From: a virus
Lineage: Duplodnaviria; Caudoviricetes
Virus record (IMG/VR): IMGVR_UViG_3300046171_000013
Location: 1-56,309 of that record
DNA length: 56,309 bases
Direction: 5' to 3' (one strand)
This document shows positions 17,044 to 26,019 of this stretch, in pieces. The translations under genes were made by a program, and so were the position numbers. The notes under the pieces were generated by a model. It was not told the origin of the DNA and did not search any database. It saw nothing but the letters and a program-made list of their open reading frames with translations. Within the stretch, counting starts at the first letter, position 1. Each line of letters opens with the position of its first letter.

Positions 17044-17682
17044 ATGGCAAATACTAATGGTGCCTTCGGACTTCGTCCGATTGGTGTGGTCGGTCAGGCC
17101 GCAAACACCACTGGTGCGACTGAATATCGTATCGCCTCTGGGAACACAAACGCGATTTACCAAGGATCCCCTGTTATCCCGCTGTCAACTGGCTTCATTG
17201 ACATTGTTGGCGCGGCGGCTGGTGGATCTGTAGGTCTTGTTGGTGTTTTCTGGGGTTGCGAATACGTTTCGTCTACCACTGGTGAGAAAATTTTCTCAAA
17301 CTACTGGCCTGGTTCTGGCGCGGATTCAAATCACCCCGTCAAAGCCTTCGTGTATGACAATCCAATGCAAACATTTGTTATCGCATCAGACGCTTCATTG
17401 ACTGATGAATCGACTGCACGCGGTCATGTGTTCGCTAACGCAAACTTTGCAACAGGTGCTTCTGGTTCAACAACCACTGGTATCTCTTCTGCTAAGTTGG
17501 GTGTCAGCACAATCGCTACTACTGCTGCACTTGCACCTTGCGTATCATGGGCATTCAGGATGACCCTGAAAACTCAGACTTACGCAGCGGCTGGTATCCC
17601 TGTAATCGTTCGATTGAATAACAGCTTCAACTCCGCCAACGGTGCGATTGTCGCTGGTACTCCATCGACTACTGGCGTATAA
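17044..17682 (+). CDS. Capsid cement / decoration protein
   Basis: MANTNGAFGLRP..., Gly/Ala/Thr-rich; immediately before the MCP. Confidence 0.7.
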   Translation: MANTNGAFGLRPIGVVGQAANTTGATEYRIASGNTNAIYQGSPVIPLSTGFIDIVGAAAGGSVGLVGVFWGCEYVSSTTGEKIFSNYWPGSGADSNHPVKAFVYDNPMQTFVIASDASLTDESTARGHVFANANFATGASGSTTTGISSAKLGVSTIATTAALAPCVSWAFRMTLKTQTYAAAGIPVIVRLNNSFNSANGAIVAGTPSTTGV

Positions 17683-17695
17683 GGAGGCTCACTAA

Positions 17696-18603
17696 ATGGC
17701 TATTTCTCGCGCACAACTAGCGAAAGAGCTGGAACCGGGCCTCAACGCCTTGTTTGGTATGGAGTACAACCGGTACGAAAACCAACACGCAGAGATCTTC
17801 ACAACTGAATCTTCAGATCGAGCATTTGAAGAAGAAGTTATGTTATCCGGTTTCGGCGCGGCACCGACTAAATCGGAAGGTTCCGCAGTCAACTTTGACG
17901 ACGCTAACGAAGCATACACTGCTCGTTACAACCACGAAACATTGCGCTGGCATTCTCAATCACTGAGGAAGCTATCGAAGACAATCTCTATGATCGTCTT
18001 GGTTCGCGTTATACTCGTGCGTTGGCTCGTTCAATGGCACACACAAAGCAGGTTAAAGCTGCTGCATTCTTAACAACGCGTTTACGGCTGGTGCGTCTGC
18101 TGGTGGTGACGGTGTTGCACTTTGTGCGACATAACCATCCGCTTACTAACGGTGGTACGTTTGCCAACGAACCAGCACTGCTGCTGATTTGAACGAAACA
18201 TCTCTTGAAGATGCTTTGATCAACATCGCAGGTTTTGTTGACGAGCGTGGTTTGAAAGTTGCTCTTCGTGGCACTAAGTTACTTATCCCTCGTCAGCTGC
18301 AATTCGTTGCAGAACGTCTGATGGTTTCAAACCTTCGTGTTGGTACAGCGGACAACGATACAACGCACTTCGTCAATGGGAATGTTGCCTGACGGTTATG
18401 CCGTTAACGACTTCCTGACAGACCCAGATGCGTTCTTCATCATGACAGATGCTCCTCGTGGATTGATCCACTTTGAGCGTACTCCACTGTCCACAAACAT
18501 GGAAGCAGACTTCGACACAGGCAACATGCGGTTCAAGGCTCGTGAGCGTTACAGCTTCGGCTTCTCAGACCCACGTTGTGTGTTTGGTTCACCAGGCGCA
18601 TAA
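17696..18603 (+). CDS. Major capsid protein (HK97 fold, Mu gpT-like); frameshifted in this read
   Basis: MAISRAQLAKELEPGLNALFG...SDRAFEEEV...; C-terminal DFDTGNMRFKARERYSFG.SDPR; pieces 17696..18073, 18189..18392 and 18337..18603. Confidence 0.9.
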
Positions 18604-18657
18604 AGATCCTAGTCCTCCATACTGGGTAAAGGGCGGCTTTTCAGCCGCCCTTTTTTC
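18604..18657 (+). ncRNA. Anti-SD hairpin plus terminator at the 3' end of the capsid transcript
   Basis: CCTAGT-CCTCCAT-ACTGGG, then AAAGGGCGGC-TTTTCA-GCCGCCCTTT-TTT. Confidence 0.6.
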
Positions 18658-18666
18658 TGTTAGCCT

Positions 18667-18738
18667 GTAAGAACCTTACGCGATGTAAGTTTCCTCCCTA
18701 AACTCGGAGCCGTCTTAATTGCGGCTTCGCTTTTTTTC
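18667..18738 (+). ncRNA. Putative stand-alone small RNA with a CCUCCC loop (cuckoo-like)
   Basis: GTAAG-AAC-CTTAC; AGTTT-CCTCCCT-AAACT; CGGAGCCG...CGGCTTCG-CTTTTTTT; possible TTTTCA-N17-TAGCCT promoter. Confidence 0.5.
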
Positions 18739-18800
18739 GTGTATGCTAGATTTACCCTGACAGGTCCAGTGTGGATCTGACACTAGCCACGACAGGAGAT
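18719..18800 (+). promoter_or_regulatory. Promoter and structured leader
   Basis: TTGCGG-N17-TATGCT; CCTG...CAGGTCCA-GTG-TGGATCTG...CAGG nested stems overlapping the AGGAG RBS. Confidence 0.4.
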
Positions 18801-18804
18801 TTAC

Positions 18805-19287
18805 ATGGCTAATACTACCTTTAGCGGACCAGTCCGCTCCGAAAACGGATTCAGTGCGATTGCAAAGAACGCAACCACAGGCGCCGTGACCAGCAACATT
18901 TCTATGACCACCTACACAGCAAGCATTACGATTGCTGCTAGCGGTACATCTCACAAAGAAGCGTCTATTGGCATCCCTGCCAACTTCATTCCAATGGGTG
19001 TAGCGGTTGTTGTGACAGGTGCTACTGCTAACAACATCAACCTTGTAGACATCGGCACAGACGCTGATACAGATGGTTTTGTTGACGGCATCTCTGTTGC
19101 TCTCAACTCAACCGGTTTCAAAGGTTTCTTCCCTTGTAACGGTGTTCTTGGCATGTCTGGTGGCACAACCACTGCCGCTACTGAAACTCCGGACGAGGTA
19201 GAGGTTGTGATTTCTGGCACTGCTGGTGCTGGCGGTGTTTTGGTACTGAAGTTCTTCGGAATTGATACTACTTCTGACACAGCTTAA
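18805..19287 (+). CDS. Virion structural protein (head fibre/decoration-like)
   Basis: MANTTFSGPVRSENGF N-terminus; Thr/Gly-rich. Confidence 0.7.
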   Translation: MANTTFSGPVRSENGFSAIAKNATTGAVTSNISMTTYTASITIAASGTSHKEASIGIPANFIPMGVAVVVTGATANNINLVDIGTDADTDGFVDGISVALNSTGFKGFFPCNGVLGMSGGTTTAATETPDEVEVVISGTAGAGGVLVLKFFGIDTTSDTA

Positions 19288-19299
19288 TAGGAGGGCACT

Positions 19300-19572
19300 A
19301 TGGCTGCTTCTATTTTTGCAAAGACGGCGACAGCGACTGGCACCTTAAACGGTGGCAGAACTCGACTGAAGGCTTTCTATGTTCAGACCGCGTCTAGTGG
19401 TTCCCCACAGGTCGTATTTAAGAACGGCAGTGGTGGGGCAACCTTGTTAGATATGGTTTTTAACACTTCAGACGATACGCAGGTCAGTATTCCGGATCAC
19501 GGTATAATTTTTGATGATGAGTGTCATGTAACACTGACAAACATTACATCAATAACAGGGTTTTTCGGCTGA
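19300..19572 (+). CDS. Small virion structural protein
   Basis: 90 aa, beta-rich, strong RBS. Confidence 0.7.
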   Translation: MAASIFAKTATATGTLNGGRTRLKAFYVQTASSGSPQVVFKNGSGGATLLDMVFNTSDDTQVSIPDHGIIFDDECHVTLTNITSITGFFG

Positions 19573-19859
19573 TGGCTAGAAAGCCATCAAAAATGCCTGC
19601 GCGAAACAAAAAGAATTTCCGCTCCACTAAATCTGGAGCGGGAATGACTAAAGCTGGTGTGGCTGCGTATCGTAGAGCTAACCCCGGTTCTAAATTAAAA
19701 ACAGCCGTTACAGGCAAAGTAAAAAAAGGGTCTAAGGCGGCAAAGCGCCGATCTTCATACTGTAGCCGTTCAAAAGGGCAGATGAAGATGCATAACATCA
19801 ACTGCAAGAAGACGCCTAAGAAGCGTATTTGCGCGGCTCGTAGGCGATGGAAGTGCTGA
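19572..19859 (+). CDS. Highly basic protein (DUF6321-like)
   Basis: GMTKAGVAAYRRANPGSKLKTAV...RRSSYCSRS...RWKC. Confidence 0.65.
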   Translation: MARKPSKMPARNKKNFRSTKSGAGMTKAGVAAYRRANPGSKLKTAVTGKVKKGSKAAKRRSSYCSRSKGQMKMHNINCKKTPKKRICAARRRWKC

Positions 19860-20086
19860 TGGCCGATATTTCAACAGAAGACAGACAATGGAAGTTTATT
19901 TCGTCTATGGAAGGCGACATTAAAGTTATTTTCACTCGATTAGATACGATTGAAAACAACCATTTGAAACATATGCAGGATGATCTGTCTCAACAAAGTC
20001 AGCGCCTGTGGATGATTCTAATGGTCGTGTTCGCGCAGCTATTTGCTATCTGTGGGGGCATGATTGTTCTCTGGATAACTAGATAA
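19859..20086 (+). CDS. Small coiled-coil plus TM protein
   Basis: IENNHLKHMQ followed by a C-terminal hydrophobic helix. Confidence 0.6.
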   Translation: MADISTEDRQWKFISSMEGDIKVIFTRLDTIENNHLKHMQDDLSQQSQRLWMILMVVFAQLFAICGGMIVLWITR

Positions 20087-20319
20087 TGGCAATTAGTAGG
20101 GCACAAACAAGTAAGCAGGTGACGAAAGGTGGACGAATGGCAAAGGACGCATGTTATCGAAAGGTTAAGGCAAGATATAAAGTCTTCCCGTCAGCGTATG
20201 CTTCAGGGGCTATCGCAAAATGCCGAAAGGTCGGAGCCAAAAACTGGGGGACTGGAGGAAAGAGTAAGCGTTCTAAAACTAAAAATAGCACAAGCAAACG
20301 CAAGGGTAAGACCTACTAA
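20086..20319 (+). CDS. Small basic protein with a capsid-like MAISRAQ N-terminus
   Basis: MAISRAQ...YKVFPSAYASGA. Confidence 0.65.
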   Translation: MAISRAQTSKQVTKGGRMAKDACYRKVKARYKVFPSAYASGAIAKCRKVGAKNWGTGGKSKRSKTKNSTSKRKGKTY

Positions 20320-20453
20320 TGAAAGTTCCAGAAACAAAACCGAAGCGCAAGTTCCGAGGGAAACCTATCAAGGGCACAGCAGTAGCTCGAGGTTGCGGAT
20401 GCGTCTTGCCGAAGCGGCGGAAGAGAACTAGAGGTTCAGTGGAGCAATCCTGA
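20319..20453 (+). CDS. Small basic protein (44 aa)
   Basis: Manual translation MKVPETKPKRKFRGKPIKGTAVARGCGCVLPKRRKRTRGSVEQS; TAATG/TGATG coupling. Confidence 0.6.
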   Translation: MKVPETKPKRKFRGKPIKGTAVARGCGCVLPKRRKRTRGSVEQS

Positions 20454-20734
20454 TGGCAGTTCGTAAGACAAAGAAAGGTGCGGCGCTCAAGCGTTGGTTT
20501 AAGGAAGAATGGAAAGATGTCCGCACTGGCAAGCCTTGTGGCAGAAAGAAGGGTGAGAAACGTGGTGTCCCTTATTGTCGCCCGTCTAAGCGGGTTTCAT
20601 CCAAAACGCCCAAGACTGCCAGCGAATTGTCTAAAAGCGAAAAAAAGAGTAGGATATCCCAGAAGAAGCGTCTGGGGCAGCCTGCTGGCAAGCCGAGGCG
20701 CGTTAAATCCGTTAAAAGGAGAAAAAAGTCATGA
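20453..20734 (+). CDS. Highly basic protein (LKRWFKEEW...CRPSKRVSSKTPKT)
   Basis: Lys/Arg-rich; coupled. Confidence 0.65.
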   Translation: MAVRKTKKGAALKRWFKEEWKDVRTGKPCGRKKGEKRGVPYCRPSKRVSSKTPKTASELSKSEKKSRISQKKRLGQPAGKPRRVKSVKRRKKS

Positions 20735-20919
20735 AGGGCATGAAAAAAGACAAAAAGGGCTACAAAGATGGTGGCGTGGTCAGCCCTCGCAAAGCCATGG
20801 CTATGGGTTACCAGATGGGTGGCAATGTAGATGTGAAAAGAGCGCAGCTATTTGCTCAAAATCTTGGAAACATGATGCAGGGTTCTGTTCCTACTCGCAA
20901 ACCTAGAGGAAGAATGTAA
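20731..20919 (+). CDS. Small protein with xxxGGxV motifs
   Basis: YKDGGVV, YQMGGNV. Confidence 0.6.
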   Translation: MKGMKKDKKGYKDGGVVSPRKAMAMGYQMGGNVDVKRAQLFAQNLGNMMQGSVPTRKPRGRM

Positions 20920-21584
20920 TGGCGACTTCTGGGTCAAGAGACTTTAATCTTGATGTCTCTGACATCGTTGAAGAGGCGTATGAACGGTGTGGTATAGAAG
21001 TTCGCACTGGATATGACGCACGCACTGCACGGCGGTCTATGAATCTAATGTTTGCTGACTGGGCGAACAGAGGCGTGAATCTGTGGACTGTGCGTCAAGC
21101 AACGATTACCTTGACCCAAGGTCAGGCTACCGAGACGCTGACGGCGGATGTTGTTGATCTGCTTGAAGTTGCGTTGCGCCGTAGCGGAACGGACTATGAT
21201 TTGAACAAGATTAGTCGAGGGGACTACCTTTCGGTGCCTACAAAGACGACACAGGGTCGTCCATCGCAGTTTTACTTTAATCGGCAGGTCCTGCCGCAGA
21301 TTACGCTTTGGCCTACGCCAGAGAATAGCACAGATCAGCTCGTTTATTATTACATCCGCCGCCTTGAGGATGCGGATGCGTTAGTTAACGATGTCGAGCT
21401 ACCGTTTCGCTTTCTGCCTTGTGCGGTGGCTGGGATGGCGTACTACATTGCACTGAAAAAGGCTCCAGAACGGATTCAGCTGCTCAAAACGGTGTATGAG
21501 GAAGAGTTCCAACGCGCCGCAGACGAAGACGAAGATAGAGTTTCGTTGAAACTTCAACCTGACATTCAATATCTGAGGGTCTAA
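20919..21584 (+). CDS. Head-tail adaptor protein
   Basis: IVEEAYERCG...WANRGVNLW...GRPSQFY...LWPTP pattern. Confidence 0.75.
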   Translation: MATSGSRDFNLDVSDIVEEAYERCGIEVRTGYDARTARRSMNLMFADWANRGVNLWTVRQATITLTQGQATETLTADVVDLLEVALRRSGTDYDLNKISRGDYLSVPTKTTQGRPSQFYFNRQVLPQITLWPTPENSTDQLVYYYIRRLEDADALVNDVELPFRFLPCAVAGMAYYIALKKAPERIQLLKTVYEEEFQRAADEDEDRVSLKLQPDIQYLRV

Positions 21585-21910
21585 TGGGTAACTATGCTTC
21601 CGGAAAAGATGCGTATGGAATATCTGATCGTTCCGGATTCCGCTATCGCTTGCGGGACATGAAGGTTGAATGGAACGGCTTGAAGGTTGGGCACGATGAG
21701 TATGAGTCAAAGCATCCCCAGCTTGACCCAAGACGCAAAGTGATCGACCCACAAGCTCTTCGTAATCCACGACCAGATCCCACGCTAGTGGACACTAGAA
21801 CGATTCAGTGGGGTTGGAATCCTGTGGGCTTGTATGACAACGGTGGGTTGAACACAAATGATCTAGTTGGGACGGGCGCCGTTGGTAGCGTCACGGTGGT
21901 GACAGCATGA
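21584..21910 (+). CDS. Hypothetical virion protein
   Basis: ISDRSGFRY...KHPQL...DPQAL.NPRPD; C-terminal GAVGSVTVV. Confidence 0.7.
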   Translation: MGNYASGKDAYGISDRSGFRYRLRDMKVEWNGLKVGHDEYESKHPQLDPRRKVIDPQALRNPRPDPTLVDTRTIQWGWNPVGLYDNGGLNTNDLVGTGAVGSVTVVTA

Positions 21911-22560
21911 GTTTTACATACAATGAGCTGAAACAGGCGATTCAGGATTATTGCGAGAATCAGGAAACGACTTTCGTTAACAACTTGGACATATTCATCA
22001 CTGAAGCAGAAGAGCGCGTATTAAAAAGCGTAGGTCTTACTTTCTTCCGCCGTAATCAGACTGCCACGCTGACACAAAACAATCAGTTTTTGAACTGCCC
22101 AGCGGATTTCTTGGCTCCGTTTTCTTTGTCTGTTACAGACGCCACAACGAGTGATAAGACCTTCTTGTTGTATAAGGATGTAAACTTCTTACAGGAGTAT
22201 ACTCCGGACGCCACAACAACTGGGTTTCCGAAGTATTATGCGTTCTTTGACATCACTAACTTTCTGATCGCCCCTACGCCAAACGCGAATCTAGCAGTCG
22301 AACTACACTACTTTTATCGCCCTGCCAGTCTTACAGCGCAAGCGGGAGGCGGAACTACATGGCTAAGTACAAACGCTCCAATGACGCTTTTGTACGGATC
22401 TTTGATTGAGGCATATACATTTATGAAGGGCGAACCAGATGTCCTTCAAAACTACAATCAACAGTTTCAGCAGGCTCTTCTGCGTCTCAAGAACTTCGGT
22501 GAAGGACTTGAAACATCTGACGCATATCGTGAAGGACTTGTTGTTAGGGAGAAGACCTAA
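21907..22560 (+). CDS. Head-tail adaptor / tail tubular A-like protein
   Basis: YNELKQAIQDY...PKYY...APTP...LLYGSL.EA..FMK. Confidence 0.7.
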   Translation: MSFTYNELKQAIQDYCENQETTFVNNLDIFITEAEERVLKSVGLTFFRRNQTATLTQNNQFLNCPADFLAPFSLSVTDATTSDKTFLLYKDVNFLQEYTPDATTTGFPKYYAFFDITNFLIAPTPNANLAVELHYFYRPASLTAQAGGGTTWLSTNAPMTLLYGSLIEAYTFMKGEPDVLQNYNQQFQQALLRLKNFGEGLETSDAYREGLVVREKT

Positions 22561-22853
22561 TGTTCAAGATGAATTTTGATCTGCCGGACACTCCCGTAGT
22601 AAACGTGAAGACTACAGAACACCGAGGTTTTACCCCGGAAGAGGTCGCTTCACGCTGTGCAGAAAAGATTATTTCTGTGTCGGACACCGCACATCCTGGT
22701 ATCCGAGATCAAGCCAACGCTTTCAAAGGTCATATTGAACGAACAATAGCCTTTTACATGCGTGAAGCTATTCGTAGTGATCGAACTACGATATACAATG
22801 CGTTATCGGATGCTGGGCATCCAGAACTAGCCGAAGCTATAAGGAGACTGTAA
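22560..22853 (+). CDS. Conserved hypothetical protein
   Basis: 97 aa, coupled within the tail operon. Confidence 0.7.
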   Translation: MFKMNFDLPDTPVVNVKTTEHRGFTPEEVASRCAEKIISVSDTAHPGIRDQANAFKGHIERTIAFYMREAIRSDRTTIYNALSDAGHPELAEAIRRL

Positions 22854-23296
22854 TGGCTATTACACAAGCAATGTGTACCTCTTTTAAGGTGGAACTGCTT
22901 CAAGGTAAGCACAACTTCACCGCATCGTCAGGTCACACTTTCAAACTAGCACTTTTCACAAGTTCTGCTTCTCTTGATGCAGCAACCACGGATTATTCTA
23001 CATCTAACGAAGTTAGTGGTACAAACTATACCGCTGGCGGAGCCGCTCTGACTAGCGTCACTCCAGTATCATCTGGCACAACAGCCTTTGGTGATTTTGC
23101 CGATTTGACGTTTTCTAACGCCAGTGTCACGGCGCGAGGTGCGATAATCTATAATACCACGACTGCTGGTGGTTCAGGCACAACTGATGCGGTTGTTGTT
23201 CTGAACTTTGGTGCAGACAAGACATCTACTGCCGGTGATTTCACGATTCAGTTCCCAACTGCTGACGCGAGTAACGCGATCATCCGCATCGCCTAA
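22853..23296 (+). CDS. Virion structural (tail) protein
   Basis: MAITQAMCTSFK.ELL.G.H.F...FKLALF...Y.AGG..L. Confidence 0.75.
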   Translation: MAITQAMCTSFKVELLQGKHNFTASSGHTFKLALFTSSASLDAATTDYSTSNEVSGTNYTAGGAALTSVTPVSSGTTAFGDFADLTFSNASVTARGAIIYNTTTAGGSGTTDAVVVLNFGADKTSTAGDFTIQFPTADASNAIIRIA

Positions 23297-23307
23297 CGGA
23301 GTCCGTT

Positions 23308-24204
23308 ATGGCTAACATTACGGGTTGGGGTCGAGGTACATGGGGATCAGGGGCGTGGAACAGTGTTGTTCCGGTCTCTGTCACTGGTATCGCGGCCACA
23401 GGTGGTGTTGGCTCTGTAACGGTCACCGGAGAAGCTAATGTTGCTGTAACAGGCGTAGCTGGAACTTCGGCGCTAGGTAGCGTTGCAGTCTCCGCAGCCG
23501 CGAATGTGCCGACTACCGGCCTCGCCGCTACAGCAGGAGTTGGCTCTGTCACTGTCAGTGCCGCCGCAAACGTAGTTCCAACCGGAGCTACGGCCACAGG
23601 AGCGGTGGGTTCCGCCACAGTATCTGCGGATGCAAACGTAACAGTTACTGGTGTTGCTGGAACTTCGGCAGTTGGTTCTGTCACGGTATCTGGTGCGGCA
23701 GATGTACCTGTCACGGGTCTTGCCGCTACAGGTGGTGTTGGTTCTGTCTCTGTCGTGGCGGAGGCGAATGTAACGCCGACAGGGGTTGCCGCTACAGGTG
23801 GTGTTGGTTCTCCAACCATCATTGGTGAAGCAAATGTCCCAACCACCGGTCTATCGGCCACAGGCGGTGTTGGTAGTGTTACGGTCCAGGCAAATGCTGA
23901 CGTAGGTGTCACTGGTCTTGAAGCAGAGTCTAACGTAGGCAACGTAGAAGTTGGCGTTAGAGTCATCGTTCCTACGACAGGATTGCAAGTTACCGGAAAT
24001 GTTGGTACTGTAAGCGTAAGCGCAGATTCAAATGTCAGTCTGACAGGTGTGTCTGCCACAGGACAAGTAGGTACTATATTTGTGTGGGGTCAGATAACCC
24101 CGAATCAAACGCCGAATTGGACTGCTGTTTCACCGTCACAATCACCTGGCTGGGGCGCGGTTACGCCTTCGCAGTCACCTAATTGGACGGATATTGCGGC
24201 ATAG
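23308..24204 (+). CDS. Repeat-rich fibre protein (~24-aa TG..ATG.VGSVTV..A.V repeats)
   Basis: About ten tandem peptide repeats; GWGRGTWG N-terminus; (S/T)PxQ(S/T)PxW x3 C-terminus. Confidence 0.75.
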   Translation: MANITGWGRGTWGSGAWNSVVPVSVTGIAATGGVGSVTVTGEANVAVTGVAGTSALGSVAVSAAANVPTTGLAATAGVGSVTVSAAANVVPTGATATGAVGSATVSADANVTVTGVAGTSAVGSVTVSGAADVPVTGLAATGGVGSVSVVAEANVTPTGVAATGGVGSPTIIGEANVPTTGLSATGGVGSVTVQANADVGVTGLEAESNVGNVEVGVRVIVPTTGLQVTGNVGTVSVSADSNVSLTGVSATGQVGTIFVWGQITPNQTPNWTAVSPSQSPGWGAVTPSQSPNWTDIAA

Positions 24205-24213
24205 GAGACCATA

Positions 24214-24822
24214 ATGGCGAGTTCATTTACTACCAACTTTGCGATTGAGAAGCCAAACACAGGCGAACAATCCGGTACTTGGGGCGACACCACCAACTTC
24301 AACTTTGATTTGTTTGATCGGTTGGCGGGTTACAAGTCTATAACACTGTCAAATACGTCTTCTACCCTTACTGTACGTCCGTCATCACCTTCTCAAGGCT
24401 CGAGTAACGTAGAAGATGGGATGTATCGTGCCATTAAGTTTGTAGATGGTGGCGACATTGGCGGTACAGTAACGCTTACGGTAGGTCCAAATACATCCGC
24501 TACATTCTTTCTGTTTCAGAACGCGCTATCTGGTAGCCGCGATATAAGCGTTACGCAAGGTAGCGGCGCCAACGCTACGGTTACTAACGGTCAGACAGCC
24601 ATGGTTTACTGCGATGGAGCTGGATCTGGCGCGGCAGTAATAAGCATCAGTGATAGCTTGGCTATGTCCAGTCCGAAGATTACAGGCGGTACAATTACAG
24701 GAATCACTGATCTAGCCGTTGCGGACGGCGGTACAGGAGCCAGCAATGCTGCAGCTGCGCGAACAAACTTAAACGTAGATGAGGCGGGAACCGCAGTCGC
24801 TCTCGCGATTGCACTGGGGTAA
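24214..24822 (+). CDS. Tail fibre / baseplate-like protein
   Basis: GEQSGTWG.TTN.N; DGGTGAS.A.AARTNL; ALAIALG end. Confidence 0.7.
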   Translation: MASSFTTNFAIEKPNTGEQSGTWGDTTNFNFDLFDRLAGYKSITLSNTSSTLTVRPSSPSQGSSNVEDGMYRAIKFVDGGDIGGTVTLTVGPNTSATFFLFQNALSGSRDISVTQGSGANATVTNGQTAMVYCDGAGSGAAVISISDSLAMSSPKITGGTITGITDLAVADGGTGASNAAAARTNLNVDEAGTAVALAIALG

Positions 24823-24825
24823 CAG

Positions 24826-25170
24826 ATGGCAAACACATTTTTAAGTCAGACACAAACAGCGGTGGGGACGAGCGGTCTTAATATTTACACTTGTCCATCT
24901 TCAACGCAGACAACCGTTATCGGTCTTTCCTGCGCCAACATTGTGACTACACAGGTCACTGTGGACGTACAGCTTTTGGCAGCAGGCCGCACATCTGGTG
25001 CGGAGGACAACGTATTTTTGGTGAAGGATGCACCGGTTCCAGTAGGCGGCAGTTTAGTTGTTGTTGGCGGGGATCAGAAGGTGGTCATGGAACCAGGCGA
25101 TATTATCAAGGTGATTTGTGACACGGCGTCTGGTGTAGATGTTGTGATGAGCCACTTGGATATAACATAA
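24826..25170 (+). CDS. Small tail structural protein
   Basis: MANTF...YTCP...IGL..ANI...K.V.E.GD.I.V. Confidence 0.7.
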   Translation: MANTFLSQTQTAVGTSGLNIYTCPSSTQTTVIGLSCANIVTTQVTVDVQLLAAGRTSGAEDNVFLVKDAPVPVGGSLVVVGGDQKVVMEPGDIIKVICDTASGVDVVMSHLDIT

Positions 25171-25180
25171 GGGGTAGCTG

Positions 25181-25630
25181 ATGGCGTATCAGGGTAATAA
25201 ACCAGCCGTAAACTATCAGGCGGTTAAAGCTGTACAGCGGTTCAATGGTGATGGCAGCGATACCACATTCACCCTGACCACTGCTGTATCCTCTGTGCAA
25301 GACGTACTGGTGTCAGTGGACGGCGTTGTCCAAGACACTGCCGCATACACCATCCCAGATGGCACAACACTTACATTTACTGCCGCGCCTTCTTCTGGCA
25401 CGGGTAACATTTTCGTAAACTACCTCGCACCGCAAGTGGGATCAGTTGTACCTCCCGCCGGTAACAAGGGCACGTTTAAGGCTGGCGGCTTGTTCCGTAC
25501 CAACGCACAATCCCTTACAGCAGATACAACCATCCTTGCTACAGAGAACGCCAATGTAACTGGCCCGTTTACTGTGGCTTCTGGTGTTACATTAACCGTT
25601 GAAAGCGGTGGGACATTGGTGACGCTATGA
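25181..25630 (+). CDS. Tail fibre connector, block A
   Basis: FNGDGS.T.FTL...V.VDGVVQ...FTAAP; C-terminal ENA..TGP motif shared with 29341..29805. Confidence 0.7.
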   Translation: MAYQGNKPAVNYQAVKAVQRFNGDGSDTTFTLTTAVSSVQDVLVSVDGVVQDTAAYTIPDGTTLTFTAAPSSGTGNIFVNYLAPQVGSVVPPAGNKGTFKAGGLFRTNAQSLTADTTILATENANVTGPFTVASGVTLTVESGGTLVTL

Positions 25631-26019
25631 GTACATTAAAAGCAGATACCATACAAAGCACAGGCGGTGGTGCGGCTACGCTGACTAAGCAAGACGCTTC
25701 AAAATTGTGGCATAATTTTAACGGCACAGGAACTGTCGCAACTCGCGATTCGTTAAACGTAAGTTCATTAACAGATGATTCGACAGGAAGATACGGCACT
25801 TCAATTACATCTGCTTTTGATAATGCAGATAATTATAATCTTGTGTTTTTTGCTAATGCTGATAGCGGCGTGAACGAAAACAATTTTGTTAATGCTAGAT
25901 GTGGAATAGCTGGTCAAGGGCAACGTGCAACTAACAGCTTTAGAGTTAGTAGTTATAACGGCTCTGCGTATACAGACAGCTATTGGGTTAATATTACTGT
26001 TAACGGAGACCTCGCATGA
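25627..26019 (+). CDS. Short tail-fibre module (GDLA paralog 1)
   Basis: K.W..F.G......DS.NVSS.TD...G motif; ends GDLA. Confidence 0.75.
   Translation: MSTLKADTIQSTGGGAATLTKQDASKLWHNFNGTGTVATRDSLNVSSLTDDSTGRYGTSITSAFDNADNYNLVFFANADSGVNENNFVNARCGIAGQGQRATNSFRVSSYNGSAYTDSYWVNITVNGDLA

Noticed and set aside
16566-18603. Fragmented major capsid and neighbouring head genes as pseudogenes or programmed frameshifts
   Set aside because: Multiple scattered 1-nt indels in essential genes, with intact motifs and no nonsense decay, fit unpolished long-read error. The same applies near 8155, 32915, 33380-33480, 39235, 40310-40650, 44095, 45120-45190, 49719 and 50880.
23280-24059. Long antisense ORF (259 aa) and similar shadow ORFs elsewhere
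   Set aside because: It is a mirror of the repetitive Gly/Val/Thr/Ala codon pattern of the sense gene; no RBS or recognisable domain.
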